From: Camelus dromedarius
Taxonomy: Eukaryota
Assembly: GCF_036321535.1 (NCBI RefSeq)
Contig: NC_087436.1
Coordinates: forward strand, 50,284,001-50,348,000
Direction: 5' to 3'
Length of the DNA stretch: 64,000 nt
Part shown: one piece after another, positions 13,707 to 26,391 of the stretch
Layout: every line of letters starts with the position of its first letter
Numbering within the stretch: the stretch's first letter is position 1
Notes under the pieces: generated by a model
The model's input: only the letters and a program-made list of their open reading frames with translations
Databases searched by the model: none
What the model was told of the DNA's origin: nothing
Program-made: the position numbers and the translations under genes

Positions 13707-15460
13707 CCAACAGCTAACATCATACTTATTGGTGAAAAGCTGAAAGCACTTCCTCTAAAATCAGGAACAAGACAAGGATGCCCGCTCTCACCACTTTTAT
13801 TCAACATAGTTTTGGAAGTCCTAGCCATAGCAATCAGAGAAAAAAAAAGAAATAAAAGGAATCCACATTGGAACAGAAGGAGTAAAACTGTCACTGTTTG
13901 TGGATGACATGATACTGTACATGGGAAGTCCTAAAGAAGTGACAAAAAAGAACTACTAGAGTCCTTCAATGAATTTGGTAAACTTGCAGGATACAAAATT
14001 AATATAGAGAAATCAGTTGTATTTCTATACACTAACAACAGAATAGCAGAAAAATAAATTAAGGAAACAATACCATTTACCATCACAACAAAAAGAATAA
14101 AATACCTAAGAATAAATCTACCCAAGGAGGCAAAGGACCCGTACTCTGAAAACTGTAAGACATTGATGAAAGAAATTGAAGACAGCATAAACAAATGGAA
14201 AGATATATTGTGTTCCTGTACTGGAAGAATCAATATTGTTAAAATGGCCATACTACCCAAGGAAATATACAGGTTCAATGCAATCTCTATCAAATGACCA
14301 ATAACATTTTCCACAGAGCTAGAATTAAAAAATGTTAAAATTTGTATGGAAACACAAAAAACCCCACAAATATCCAAAATAGTCTTGAAAAAGGAGAATG
14401 GAGCTAGGGGAATCATGCTCCCTAACTTTCAGACTATACTGCCATCAAAATAGTATGATTCTGGCACAAAAACAGACACATAGATAGATCAATGGAACAG
14501 GATAGAAAGTCCAGAAATAAACCCACACTTACGGTCAATTAATCTACAACAAAGGAGGCAAGAATATACAATGGAGAAAAGATAGTCTCTTCAATAAGCG
14601 GTGCTGGGAAAACTAGACAGCTACCTGTAAAAGACTGAAATTAGAACATACTCTAACACCATATACAAAGATAAACCCAAAGTGGATTAAAGAAATAAAT
14701 GTAAGACTAGATATTATAAAACTCCTAAAGGAAAACATAGGCAGAACACTCTTTGGCATAAAAAACAGCAATAGTTTTTTTGAACCAGCTCATAGAGTAA
14801 TGGAAATAAAAGCAAAAAATAAACAAATGGGATGTAGTTAAGCTTAAAAGCTTCAACACAGCTAACGATACCATCAGCAAAACGAAAAGACAACCTACAA
14901 TAGGAGAAAATATTTGCAAATGATGCAACTAACAAGTAACTAATTTCCAAAATACAAACAGCTCATACAACTCAGTATCAAAAAGCCAAGCAAACCAATC
15001 AAAAATTGGGCAGAAGACCTAAATAGACATCTCTCCAAAGAAGGCATCCAGATGGCCAACAAGCTCATGAAAAGATGCTCAATATCACTAATTGTTAGAG
15101 AAAACTAAATCAAAACTACCGTGAGATATTACCTCACACCAGTCAGTATGGCCATGATTAAAATGTTCAAAAATGATAAATGCTGGAGAGAGTGTGGAGA
15201 AAAGGCAACCCTCCTACATTGTTGGTGGGAATGTAAATTGCTACAGCCACTATGGAGGACAGTATGGAGGTTCCTTAAAAAACTAAAAATAGACTTACCA
15301 TATGATCCAGCAATCCCACTCCTGGACATATATCTGGAGGAAAACATAATTCAAAAACACACATGCACCCCAATGTTCAGAGAAGCACTATTTACAATAG
15401 CCAAGACATGGAAACAATCTAAATGTCCACTGACAGATGACTGGATAAAAAAGATGTGGT

Positions 15461-15491
<31 letters not shown>

Positions 15492-15919
15492 TGTATACAC
15501 ACACAATGGAATACCACTCAGCCATAAAAATAAAATAAAATAATGTCATTTGCAGCAACATGGATGGACCTGGAGATTGTCATTTTAAGCGAAATAAGCC
15601 AGAAACAGAAAGAAAACTACCATGTGATTTTGCTTATATGTGGAATCTTTAAAAAAGGCCACAAATGAACTTACCTACAAAACAGAAATAGACTCACAAA
15701 CACGGAGAACAAGCTATGGTTACCAGGGTTTAAAGGGGGTAAGAAGGGATAAATCAGGAGTTTGAAATTTGTACCTCTTGGGGAGTGATGGAAATGATAG
15801 CTATCTTAATTGTGGTGGTGGTTTCATAGGTGTATACAACTATCAAAATTCATCAAATTTTACATTTGAAATATGTATTTTACTACACAGGAATTATACT
15901 ACAATAAAAGTGTTTAAAA
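13707..15919 (+). mobile_element. 5'-truncated L1 (degenerate ORF2 RT to C-terminus plus 3' UTR) with chimeric tail and TSD
   Basis: Fragments [40 protein letters not shown] and [20 protein letters not shown]...[10 protein letters not shown], with frameshifts and stops. TSD TGTACCAACTTCTC at 13693-13706 and 15920-15933. Confidence 0.95.
15461..15503. repeat. (CA)n microsatellite within L1
   Basis: Direct reading; slightly interrupted CA run. Confidence 0.9.
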
Positions 15920-18039
15920 TGTACCAACTTCTCAATATAGAGTTCTCATTCCCTCATTTGCCAATCATATGTGAACTAGCACCTACAGATACTTCACTAT
16001 CAAGTATAATATCTTTAACTGTTGAAATACTAAAGAACTCCAAAAGTTCCCAGGGAAGAAGATAGGACTTTTTGGGAAGAAAGAGGGAAAAAATGTACAT
16101 TTCAATCAATTAGAAAGTATATCAATACTATAAAAGCTAGGACGGTCATTTCTAGATACACCTGTTGACTCCCAACTGTAAAGGGAGCCACGGAAGTAGG
16201 GTTGCTAACTATTTTGTAGAGGTTGTGAGGGAAATGCCTATGCACCATCATTATATAATTTTAAATTAATTATGGAAGTAAAGAGAATTTTCATTCCCAT
16301 GACCAAAGCTACATTGTATGAACAGAGATTACATACTAAGATGCTACACATATATATTTTTAAAACTATTGTCAATGGCCTCATCTTGCCTTTTCATTTT
16401 TGAATATTTTAAATGTATGTAATACATTAGTGCAATCATATGATATGTGTAATTTATAAATCAATAAAGATACATAATTGACAGTATGTTCTTTCTTTTC
16501 AGCTCTTAATCAATAATCTGTAGAATACCACACTAGTCAGCATATAATAGTACAAAGATTAGAATGTAATTTGTACCTGAGAGTTAGTTATATTTGAATT
16601 TTTAATCTAAACCATATTTAGATTAAACCATGTCAAATGCTGATTTGATAATAGATTATATTAGAAATCTTCTTAGACCACTAAGAACATTTGGGAATAA
16701 ATGTGCATCCAGAAAATTCTGCACACTTTCATGAACAAATTTGACCTATTTTCTCTTTAATATACTTCCATTTCTGTGGTGCTTATGCAGTGATCATATT
16801 TCAAATGAAAAATTATGCCAACCATAAATGAAGCATATGCAAATAAAGGTATCAGCAGCTCCTATACACACTACTTTCTGATTCCTCCTTTAAATGATAG
16901 TAAATGAATGTGTGGCACAGAAATTATACACCAATCATGCACTCCTACAATTGTACTGATTAACTTTGATTCAATTAACAGAGAGGAGCTCTCCAAGGAG
17001 CTCTTATTTTGAGGACTAAAAAGAAGCTAAATTACCCAACCACTCCCCCTCAAATTCAGCAGTCCTTACATTTCGAGGATAGATACTTTAATAAGTTATG
17101 AAAGATTAATTTTTCTCTTGTTAGTCTCCTGTATGTCTTGCAATAACATGGGAAATTCCAAAGTTTGCAGACAATCAACACGTTTGATCTACCACCCCAT
17201 ACTTACTTGACAAGAACCCTTTCTCCTCTTACACAAAAAAGTAAACAAATCCCAAGGTTACTAGAATTATTTTTTAAATTAACTTGTATGAATATGTTTT
17301 TGTTTCTCTGGAAAATTGTCTCCAAACTACTTGAGAGTAAGACTTCAGGCGGCAAAATTATCATCACCATATAACACTATGGAATTACATCATATATGCA
17401 TTTAATTTTCTGAAATTTCAATAAATATACCTGGAAAATAAAGAAAGTAAAAAATGGAATGAGAGGCAGGGAGAAAAGAAAGGAAGGAGAGATGTGATCT
17501 ACGTTGTTCAGATAATACACTTCTCATCTCCTTCATTTAGTTATTAAGGGAGAAGAGGAGGTAGGAGACGTGAACCTTTGATTCAGTCATTCTCAGCTCT
17601 CACTGTTTTGTACAAATAATTATGATTCTAGTGTTTAAATGTGCATTTTATACCAGCTAGACCCTGAATACAATGTAATACTTTATCTTGTGCTAAACTG
17701 AAGCAGCAGCAATATATTCCAGTTTGAAGACTAGCTATTTTATTCCTTAGGAAATATGGTGTGCACACATACTATACTTTATAAGTGATACAGAGGATTC
17801 TCAAGGGTGACTTTGATATTGTGATTTGCTCTTTAGAGTGTAGTAGCTAATCCCCACATCTCTGACTATGTTATGCATGTGTATGTTTAAAAACATTGGC
17901 AGTGACAATATCAACCACTTCGGAGTTATCACTATGGATCATACCCATATGGTCTAGTCTACAGTCCCAGTCTTTAAACCATAACTATTCTAGTCTGCTT
18001 TTGTTGGTTGCATTTTGTTTGTTTGTTTATGTTGTTTTG

Positions 18040-19243
18040 TTTTATTGAAGGATTAAGATGTTGTGCCAATTTCTGGTGTACAGCATAATAGTTCAGTCAT
18101 ACATATACATACATATATTCATTTTCATATTCTTTTTCATTATAGGTTACTACAAGATATTGAATATAGTTCCCTGTGCTATACAGTATAAACTTGTTGT
18201 TTATCTATTTTATATATAGTAGTTAGTATCTGCAAACCTCGAACTCCCAATTTATCCCTTCCCACCCCCACCACCCCAGGTAACCATAAGTTTGTTTTCT
18301 ATGTCTCTAAGTCTATTTCTGTTTTGTAAATAAGTTCATTTGTCTTTTTTTTTCTCAGATTCCACATACAAGTGATATTATATGGTATTTTTCCTTCTCT
18401 TTCTGGCTTACTTCACTTAGAGTGACAGTCTCCAGGTCCATCCATGTTGCTGCAAATGGCATTATTTTATTCTTTTTTATGGTTGAGTAGTATTTCATTG
18501 TATAAATATACCACACCTTCTTTATCCAGTCATCTATTGATGGATACTTACGTTGTTTCCACATCTTGGCTATTGTAAATAGTGCTACTATGAACATTGG
18601 GGTTCATGTATCTTCAAATTAGAGTTCCTTCTGTATACATGCCCAGAAATGGGATTGCTGGATCATACAGTAAGTCTATTTTTTGTCTTTTGAGGAAATC
18701 TCCATACTGTTTTCCATAATGGTTGCACCAAACTACATTCCACCAAAAGTGTAGGAGGGTTCCTTTTCTCCACACCCTGTCCAGTATTTATCATTTGTGG
18801 ACTTTTGAATGATGGTCATTCTGACTAGTGTGAGGTGATACCTCACTGTAGTTTGGATTTTCATTTCTCAATTAGCAATACTGAGTATTTTTTCACGTGC
18901 CTATTGGCCATTTATATGTCTTCACTGGAGAACTGATTGTTTAGGTCCTCTGCCCATTTTTGGACTGGGTTGTTTGTTTTTTATTATTAAGTTGTATGAG
19001 CTGTTTATATTTTCTGGAAATTAAGCCCTTGTCAGTCTCATCTTTTGCAAATATTTTCTCCCATTCTATAGGTTGTCTTTTTGTTTTGCTTATGGTTTCC
19101 TTTGCTATGCAAAAGCTTGTAAGTTTAACTAGGTCTCACTTGTTTATTTTTGCTTTTATTTCTATTGCCTGGGTAGACTGCCCTAAGAGAACATTGCTAA
19201 GATTTATGTCAGATAATGTTTTGCCTATGTTTATTCTAAGAGG
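18040..19243 (-). mobile_element. 5'-truncated lineage-specific L1 (ORF2 3' part plus 3' UTR)
   Basis: Minus-strand translation MFIVALFTIAKMWKQRKYPSIDDWIKKVWYIYTMKYY. Reverse-complement similarity to the 14740-15770 L1. T-rich (GTTT) decayed tail on the left. Confidence 0.95.
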
Positions 19244-19744
19244 TTTGGTTTTAATTCCAAACAGATTATCTGTTTGCATTTTTGTCTGCTTGTTTGTTGG
19301 TTTCTTGTAGTTTTGTTTGTCTTCTATGAGACACTCATCAGTGCTATACCTGAGACCCTGTGTATTTAAAAATGTCTTTCTATTATCTTAACATTTGAAA
19401 AAGAGTTTAATCAATGAGATAAATTTTTTTCAAACACAGTTTTATTTCCCTAAGAATTTTTAAAGAATTCCTCAACTCTATTCCAGCAGGCAATGTTATC
19501 ATTTAAATTCTGAGACCAGAATGATTTATTAAACCTATGGGTGATTTATTTTTTGCCTGCAACATATAATATTATTTCCTTATCTAGAGACCAAGTGGTT
19601 GAATAACTTTATTGAGTACATCTAGAGTTGATTCTTTTGTATAAATTTTTATTGTGACATGAATTTTTCTGACTCTAGCTCTTTTTTTCTTTAATAAAGT
19701 TTCCTGTTTTAAGTAAGATTCACATAACATAAAATTTTATGTTT

Positions 19745-19875
19745 TAAAATTTTAGGCAAAATTCACAAAACATAAAATCCACCATTTAAATCATTTTAAA
19801 GTATACAGTTCAGTGTTATTTAGTACATTCACAGTGTGGTACAACCATCATTTCTATCTAATTTTAGAACATTTA
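19745..19875 (-). mobile_element. L1MB-like 3' end
   Basis: aaattcacaaaacataaaatccaccattt...aaagtatacagttcagtgttatttagtacattcacag...caaccatca. Confidence 0.75.
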
Positions 19876-20389
19876 AAATATGCTCTTCAAGTGACAGGAT
19901 AAAACTCTTCTTTGAAGATACCAAGTTCAAACATGCCAAAATTATTTTACATGTATGCCTTTACATTTTGACTTCATAAATATCATGCCACTATACATTC
20001 TTGCACATAAATTTTTGTCTGAATTTCTGACTATTTCCTTAGATCAAATCACTAGGAGTGAAATTACTGGACTCAAAGACTGTGATAGTAATAATTAAGA
20101 TCCTATATTGCTTTATAGGATACCAATTTCTACTTCCTTAATAATTTATACATCAGTATTTTGGGTTATTATTTTAAGAGTGCTTGCTATTTTGAAGGGG
20201 AGAGGGATTTGCTCTTTTTTTTTAATTGCTTCCCACCCAGTTCTTGGTTTGTAAGAGCTATAAACAACAGATGAGTTGTCATTCTGCAATTTAAAGCTCT
20301 TTTTAAATATTATCTTCAACATTAAATTTTTTCAAACATTGCAAGTGAGTCCATTTCTTTATACTGCAAAGTTTCTCCCTCCATTTACC

Positions 20390-20540
20390 ATCTCTGTGTC
20401 TTGGACAAATTAACCTCCTGAAGTCTCTGCTTTTGTTTCTGTAAAGTAGGTACCTCATGTACTTTAGTAGTGTTTAAGGATAAAGTTAAGATTTATGTCA
20501 GTACAGTGCCTTTCAGAATAAATGCTCCATAAATAACAGC
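20390..20540 (+). mobile_element. MIR fragment
   Basis: cttggacaaattaacctc...ctgtaaagtagg...acagtgcct...aatgctccataaat. Confidence 0.6.
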
Positions 20541-23024
20541 TATTTAATTAAATTAAATGTAAAATCAATCTTTAAAAAGTAGCTGATAAAATATTTTCAT
20601 AGTATCTGTCCCTAAGAAAAAGGTATAATATATTTAGAAAAACTCCATAGTCAAGTTGCATCAAAGCAAAATCCTGTATAATTTCTATACCTAAAACAGC
20701 ACCTCAATAAATATTTTCTGACTGAGTGAATGCTGAGTAGCTTCTTGCCACAACACTGGAGTTTTCAAGTCTTTTAAAGATCCAGAAAAAAAAAATCATC
20801 TTTTCAACTAAAGCTTATAAAAAAGATCTGTTTATAAATATCCAAATTTTTGAGCATTTGTTGTATTCTGCTTTAAAAGAAGGAACAAAAGAAAGAAGAA
20901 AAAAATTACATCAGAGAAATAAGAGTTATGTATTCAAAATACTTTACTGTGTTTCAAAGATCTTATTATTCTTTTTACCTAAGCTGTACAGGTCATTATT
21001 TTTTATATAGAAGTAGTAGAGGAAGCAGTTAACCATATGGATGAAAACCCATTCCACATAATATGAGCACAAGAACTAAATCACAAGAAAAAAAATGACA
21101 AAAATGAGCAAAACAAGAAAGATAATTTTAGGTTCTCTTTTATGAAAATTGCACATTTTCAGGGAAAGTTAATTATATATAAAATTAATATAGCTCTCTG
21201 TATCATGTATCAGAAACTATTATAGTCTCCCTTCCACAAGTGATTCATTTGGAGATTCTGGGAAACCAAGTATACTTCCAAATAATTTAATTTCTTACAT
21301 TACCAATCAGTGTAGTGGAATTATACAATTTTTCTTTACTGAGATTTTGCAAAACCTTCTCAGCTGACTTAATGTACAAAGCTTTCTCAAACTCACTGTT
21401 TGAAATGTGAACTATAAATATCTGTATCACATTTCTTTGCCTGAAATTTGACAGGGAAAATACACACAAGAATTGGAGATGTTACCAGTAACCTGGTGAA
21501 TAGAATGAATAACTGTGGATACTTATTATTTATTTCTATTAATATGTAATTAGAGGGTATGAAAGAAATATTTTTAGTGAAGTTACTCAGCAATAGAAGA
21601 AAATCCCCCATTTTCTATTATATATTTTATACAAAAGAGAAATAAAAACTGAAGTTCTGTGAATATTTAATATGGTATTTTGTTGTAGGGAATGAATGTG
21701 ATGTTTGAATATTCTGTGTGTATGTGTGTAAATCAAATGATTTCATAAAATATGGCATTCTATTAAGTGCACAAGAATATGTACCTTGAGATAATTACAA
21801 ACTCACTATCAAAATAAAATCTAATACAATCTTCTGTGAATCTAGTGATAATGGTAGACGGTATTAATCTCATTAGGGCAAGGGAAAGGGGAAAAGACCA
21901 GTATATTACTTCTTATGTAAAACATATCAGTGTATTTTCCTACATAAATCATAAAATTATTTCTTCCTAATATTTAAAACACAAATTAACTTCTAAAATA
22001 ACCATTTTCAATACAACATAAATTTCACCTATAAATAACAAATCCAATAAAATAAACTTTATTTCTGAAAGGTCTTATTTTTATAAATCAAATGTGCTTT
22101 TAAATAATTTAGTGTTAAGCATTTAGTGATTCCATTTACATATACTTGGTATAGGTTCTCAGGTAGCCAGCTGAATAAAGTTCATACTTGGCTCTTAAAT
22201 GTCTTATATCTTAGCTGGGGAGACATACAGGTAAATCAGTAATTACAGGATGGTGTAAGAAGAGCCAAGCTAATGACATAAACAGGGTACTATAATGGAC
22301 TGCCCCATGATAGGAAGTTTCTTCAAAAAAGAAATAATCAAAACAAAATCTAAAGAATAGGTGACAAATTGTAGGAAGGGAAAAGGTATTCCCGGAAGAG
22401 GAACCAGAACTGTGAAAACATGATGTGTAAAAGAATAAGATACGCTGGAAGAATTGCCCGTAGTTCTAGATAGCTAAAGTGAAGAACCAGGAAAGGAAGA
22501 AGGAAAAGATAAAGTTAAAGAAGCAAACAGGGACCTAGTATCGAAGGGACTTTTTGATTTCCACTGAAAGATTTTTGGCAGGAAGATAATCCATCTAATT
22601 TTTTGTTTAGAAAGATCTCTCTAAACCATTGCCAAGCATAGTTGACAGGTATGATGCTGACTAAAATCAGCGGTGATCCATTCATCAAAGTGATCCATCA
22701 TGAGCCTGTCACAGAATCCACAGAATTAATAGAAATTTAAAGTAGGAAAGTATCAGTGAGAATAGAAGTAAGAACAGATGACATAAGAACTTCCAAGAAT
22801 GCTGACTCTACCAGAGTTGGTAAGTGACTGGATTTGTGGAACAAGGGGAGAAAGAAAAATGCAAAGAAATCTAGAATAATTCCCCAGTTCCTAGTTTGGG
22901 GAACTAAATTCAGCCAGATTCATTTCCTTATCACCATGGGAAAAATGGAAAGAAAAGGTTTAAGACCTTGAAGGTGAGTTCAGCTTGGGTACTGTCGAGG
23001 CTGAAGTGACTGCAGAAGACGAGG

Positions 23025-23271
23025 TCTATTAGTTTGGGGTTGGTCTTAATTCAGTAACTGATGACTTTAAGAGAAAAGTGTGATGTGGACACAGAAAAAT
23101 ACACAGGGAAAGTGATGTAAAGACCCACAAGGAGAATATCATGTGATGACAGCAGAGATTGGAGTAATGTATCTATAAATCCAGGAACACTGAAGATTGC
23201 CAGCAACCAACAGAAACTAGGAGAGAGAAGGCATGGAACAGATTCTCCTCACAGCTTCCAGAAAAACAACA

Positions 23272-23312
<41 letters not shown>

Positions 23313-23440
23313 GCAACAACAGCCTTGCTCACATCCTGTTTTCTGATTCCTAACCTCCCAAACTGTGAGAGGATAAATTCTGTTGTTTAAGCCATTCCAT
23401 TTGTGGTAACGTGTTATGACAGCCCTAGGAAGCTAACGCA
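23025..23440 (+). mobile_element. MLT1 (MaLR) LTR, 5'-truncated
   Basis: gcagagattggagtaatg...gattgccagcaacc...gaaggcatggaacagattctc...ttgtttaagcca...cagccctaggaagctaacgca. Confidence 0.9.
23266..23320. repeat. (CAA)n trinucleotide microsatellite inside MLT1
   Basis: About 18 near-perfect CAA units. Confidence 0.92.
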
Positions 23441-24128
23441 AATGTCAAATGCTAATGCTACAGAGAGGTCAAGAAAATTAAGGATGGAAAGTGAAAATGT
23501 GGTTTAACATGCAGGTAATTGATAGGACAGAGCACTGACAAATAAATATTTCGTTTAAAAAGATCACCTAGGAATAAAAGAAGAGAGATAAAGTGGTAAC
23601 TAAATCAGAATGCAGTCAGGAAAGGGCTTTTTATATAGATCCTTGGATGTCTCAGTCCTAAAGAGGTGTTCAAGAGAAAAGAAGAGAGAGGAATTGTTGA
23701 AAGAACAGGCAGTACAGATAAAAGAAGTAAACCACTTCCACAGAGACAATAAGAAATGACTAAAAAATGGATGAAATGAACAGAAATGTGAAATTCTTAG
23801 CTGATGGTTTTAATTTTGTCAGATAAATTGGAAACAATATAGTATGTTGAGCATAAAAAGGAAGATGGAAAAGAAAGAGAACTGAGGAATAGCTGGGAAC
23901 TGATCACAGACCCACATGGAAAGGGTGTCTGGTAGACAGCAAGAATTGCTAAGGAGTACAATTAAGTGGAGATGTATTGATTTTTGATTGATTGATTGGT
24001 TGTCAGCAATACTCAGCAGCCTGTTTGTAGGAGTCCAAAATTCAGAGGGTAGAAATGATCCAATGTAACTGCAAAGCAAGGACGATGAAACAATAGAAGG
24101 AAAAAACATAAAGCAAGGTCAAAGAATG

Positions 24129-24236
24129 TGAATATATGTACGTTCCTATATGACCGAAGCACTGTGCTGTACACCAGAAACTGACACATCATAAACTGAC
24201 TATACTTCAATTAAAAAATGTATTTTTTAAAAAAGA
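24129..24236 (+). mobile_element. Very short (~110 bp) young L1 3' end with TSD
   Basis: gaatatatgtacgt...tgctgtacaccagaaactgacaca...tgactatacttcaattaaaaaa resembles the 3' end of the 18040 L1. TSD GTCAAAGAATG at 24118-24128 and 24237-24247. Confidence 0.88.
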
Positions 24237-25349
24237 GTCAAAGAATGGACTATCAGAATCTGTCACTGATTAAAGTGAAAAAGAAATTTTCATTATAGTG
24301 GGAAACAATTAACATACTGAAAAAAATGTAAGAGAACTGTCAAACAGAAGATTATTGTCGGAGACAGACATCTAGAAATTTGACAACCTTTTTTTTTCCC
24401 AAAAATAACTCCTTTACTAGCCAGCAACACTACCTGAAATTCTACTCTGTTATATGTATTTTTTAGGAAGCCTGTTAAAATAATACAAGTATGAAATATG
24501 CCATATTATCTCCTTGAATTGTAAGAGAGGAAAAAATAATTAATATATGACCAGCATCCATTCTATTAGTGTAAATTGTTAGCAAATCACTGGGAAACAT
24601 AACAAGTATGTATTCTAAGTGAAAATATGGAGAGTAAATAAAATTTAGAAGAAATGTAATCTATTGTGCATAATAAAATAGGCAAACATTTCTTGCATCA
24701 AGAATAAATTTCAAGCATTCACATAAATAATCATAATTTGTATTACATTTATGCAGTCAAACCAAGATTTACACACTATTATCTAAAACCTATTAATGTC
24801 TCCTGGGGTCCCATGCTTGGCTAATCTCCCAGTATCCTCGTGCATTTGCATAGGGACACTCTCACAAATACTCCCAGGTCTTAAATGTGGGAGTATAGGA
24901 TTCTTCTCTACGTCCGTCACCTAGTGTGCTACCGTATCTTCAGCCTCTCGGCTCCTTTCCTCAGTGGTCCAAGGCTAAGGCATTTGGCGTTCTTATGGTA
25001 AGACAAAGAACTGGAAAACCAGCAGAGTGACTCAGATAAGGGCAGGATTCAGACTCTGGAGCTACAATGGCCATATTATTCATCAAATTCTCTTAGTTGG
25101 CAAACCTCCTCCGTAACCATTATCTCCTAAACCTTCCCATCTTTTAAGGCATAAGTTTCTGCTTAGCCTATCTTTCTTTTTGGCACTTCATTTTATCCTC
25201 ACAAAGAAATTTTTAAGAGAAGTTGACAGAGTCCAGAATCCAGTGGGCACAACATCCTCCTACTTAGCTACACATTCTCATTTTTCTCAGAATTTGCCTA
25301 TTCTACCACTCACAATACTTGTTTTAATGTCAAAAAATACTGCTAGACT

Positions 25350-25472
25350 GCAGACTCCCTGAGGACAGAATTCACATTTGGTTGTTTCATTGCTACCTCC
25401 CTAGTACTTGGTATAGCTCCTGGAAGGAAGTACACTCAATACATGTTAAAGGAATGACTGAAGGAATGAATG
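25350..25472 (+). mobile_element. L2 3' end
   Basis: gactccctgaggacagaa...tgtttcattgct...ctcaatacatgttaaaggaatgactgaaggaatgaatg. Confidence 0.7.
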
Positions 25473-26391
25473 GGTAACGACTACCCTACTGGGACACAGG
25501 GGGATTCTCTCTATGTAAGGCAAGTCTAAAAGTAAAGCCATGACCTGCATCCCTCTCTTCCTCTGAAAGTAAACAACACTTTACACCCCTTTCATTGTAA
25601 CTTCTTCTAATTCCATCACCACTCATTTTTCTCATATCATCTCTACCCATGTGTTAAGTCTAATAAGGACAAGATCACAGACTTACAATGTTCTGTATGG
25701 ATAAGTAAAGCAACAGTATAAACTGAATAGATTCCTACACAGCTGAGTAATTTTACAACTTTAAATATTTGATCAAAATATGCATAACTACCAAACCACA
25801 ACATGGCCCATTTTGTAATCTTGATAAATGGTGTGTCATACAAAGGATTTTTTTAATTCTTCTTTGATTTCATTAGAGAAGAGGCTTTCATTTGTAACTC
25901 AAGTAATTTCAGATGGTGAGTTGATAGAAAGAAGTAATTTGCCTTTCATGAGAAAATGATTTAATTTAAAATTAGTAAGCAGGAAGTGTGGAATCTCTAT
26001 TAACTTTACTTATGATTTATTACATATTTTTGCAGGCCTTTCTGGGAAGAAACAGAAAATAGTAACCCTTGATAATTATCATTTTCAGCATGGTATTTTG
26101 AAGCTGGATTGTGTCAATATAATTATCAGGTTGTCTCAAAATTATTTATATATATTACCTTTTTGTCATAAAAAAATTAAAGAAGGAAAATGTTATTCAT
26201 TACCAGTAGCCCTAAGTCCATTTGTACAATAAACAGAGTTTTTGAGGAATAGGTACTGAACCAGGAAATAAATTACAGAATGCTCTTAAATCACAAGCTA
26301 TCTTCTCTTGAAGCAAATAGAACTTGCTGCTCTGATACATTTAATCCAAAAATGTTTAGATGAAACACACAATGACAACAAGGGAAAGGGG

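Larger units (their letters stand above)
22130..24117 (-). mobile_element. Degraded L2 LINE, interrupted by an MLT1 LTR
   Basis: Purine-rich L2-like blocks: ttccactgaaagatttttggcaggaagataat, tgtttagaaagatctctct, gagttcagcttggg, tgtcaaatgct...gagaggtcaagaaaattaagga. Confidence 0.65.

Noticed and set aside
13692..15543. Active reverse transcriptase gene
   Set aside because: L1 ORF2 is 5'-truncated and broken by several stops and frameshifts.
16837..16844. Octamer motifs (ATGCAAAT) scattered through the window
   Set aside because: The handful seen is not clearly above chance for AT-rich DNA, and they do not cluster.
18007..19300. Possible TSD for the 18040-19243 L1 (gcattttgtttgtttg vs gcatttttgtctgcttg)
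   Set aside because: Low-complexity, imperfect, and about 30 nt away from the 5' junction.
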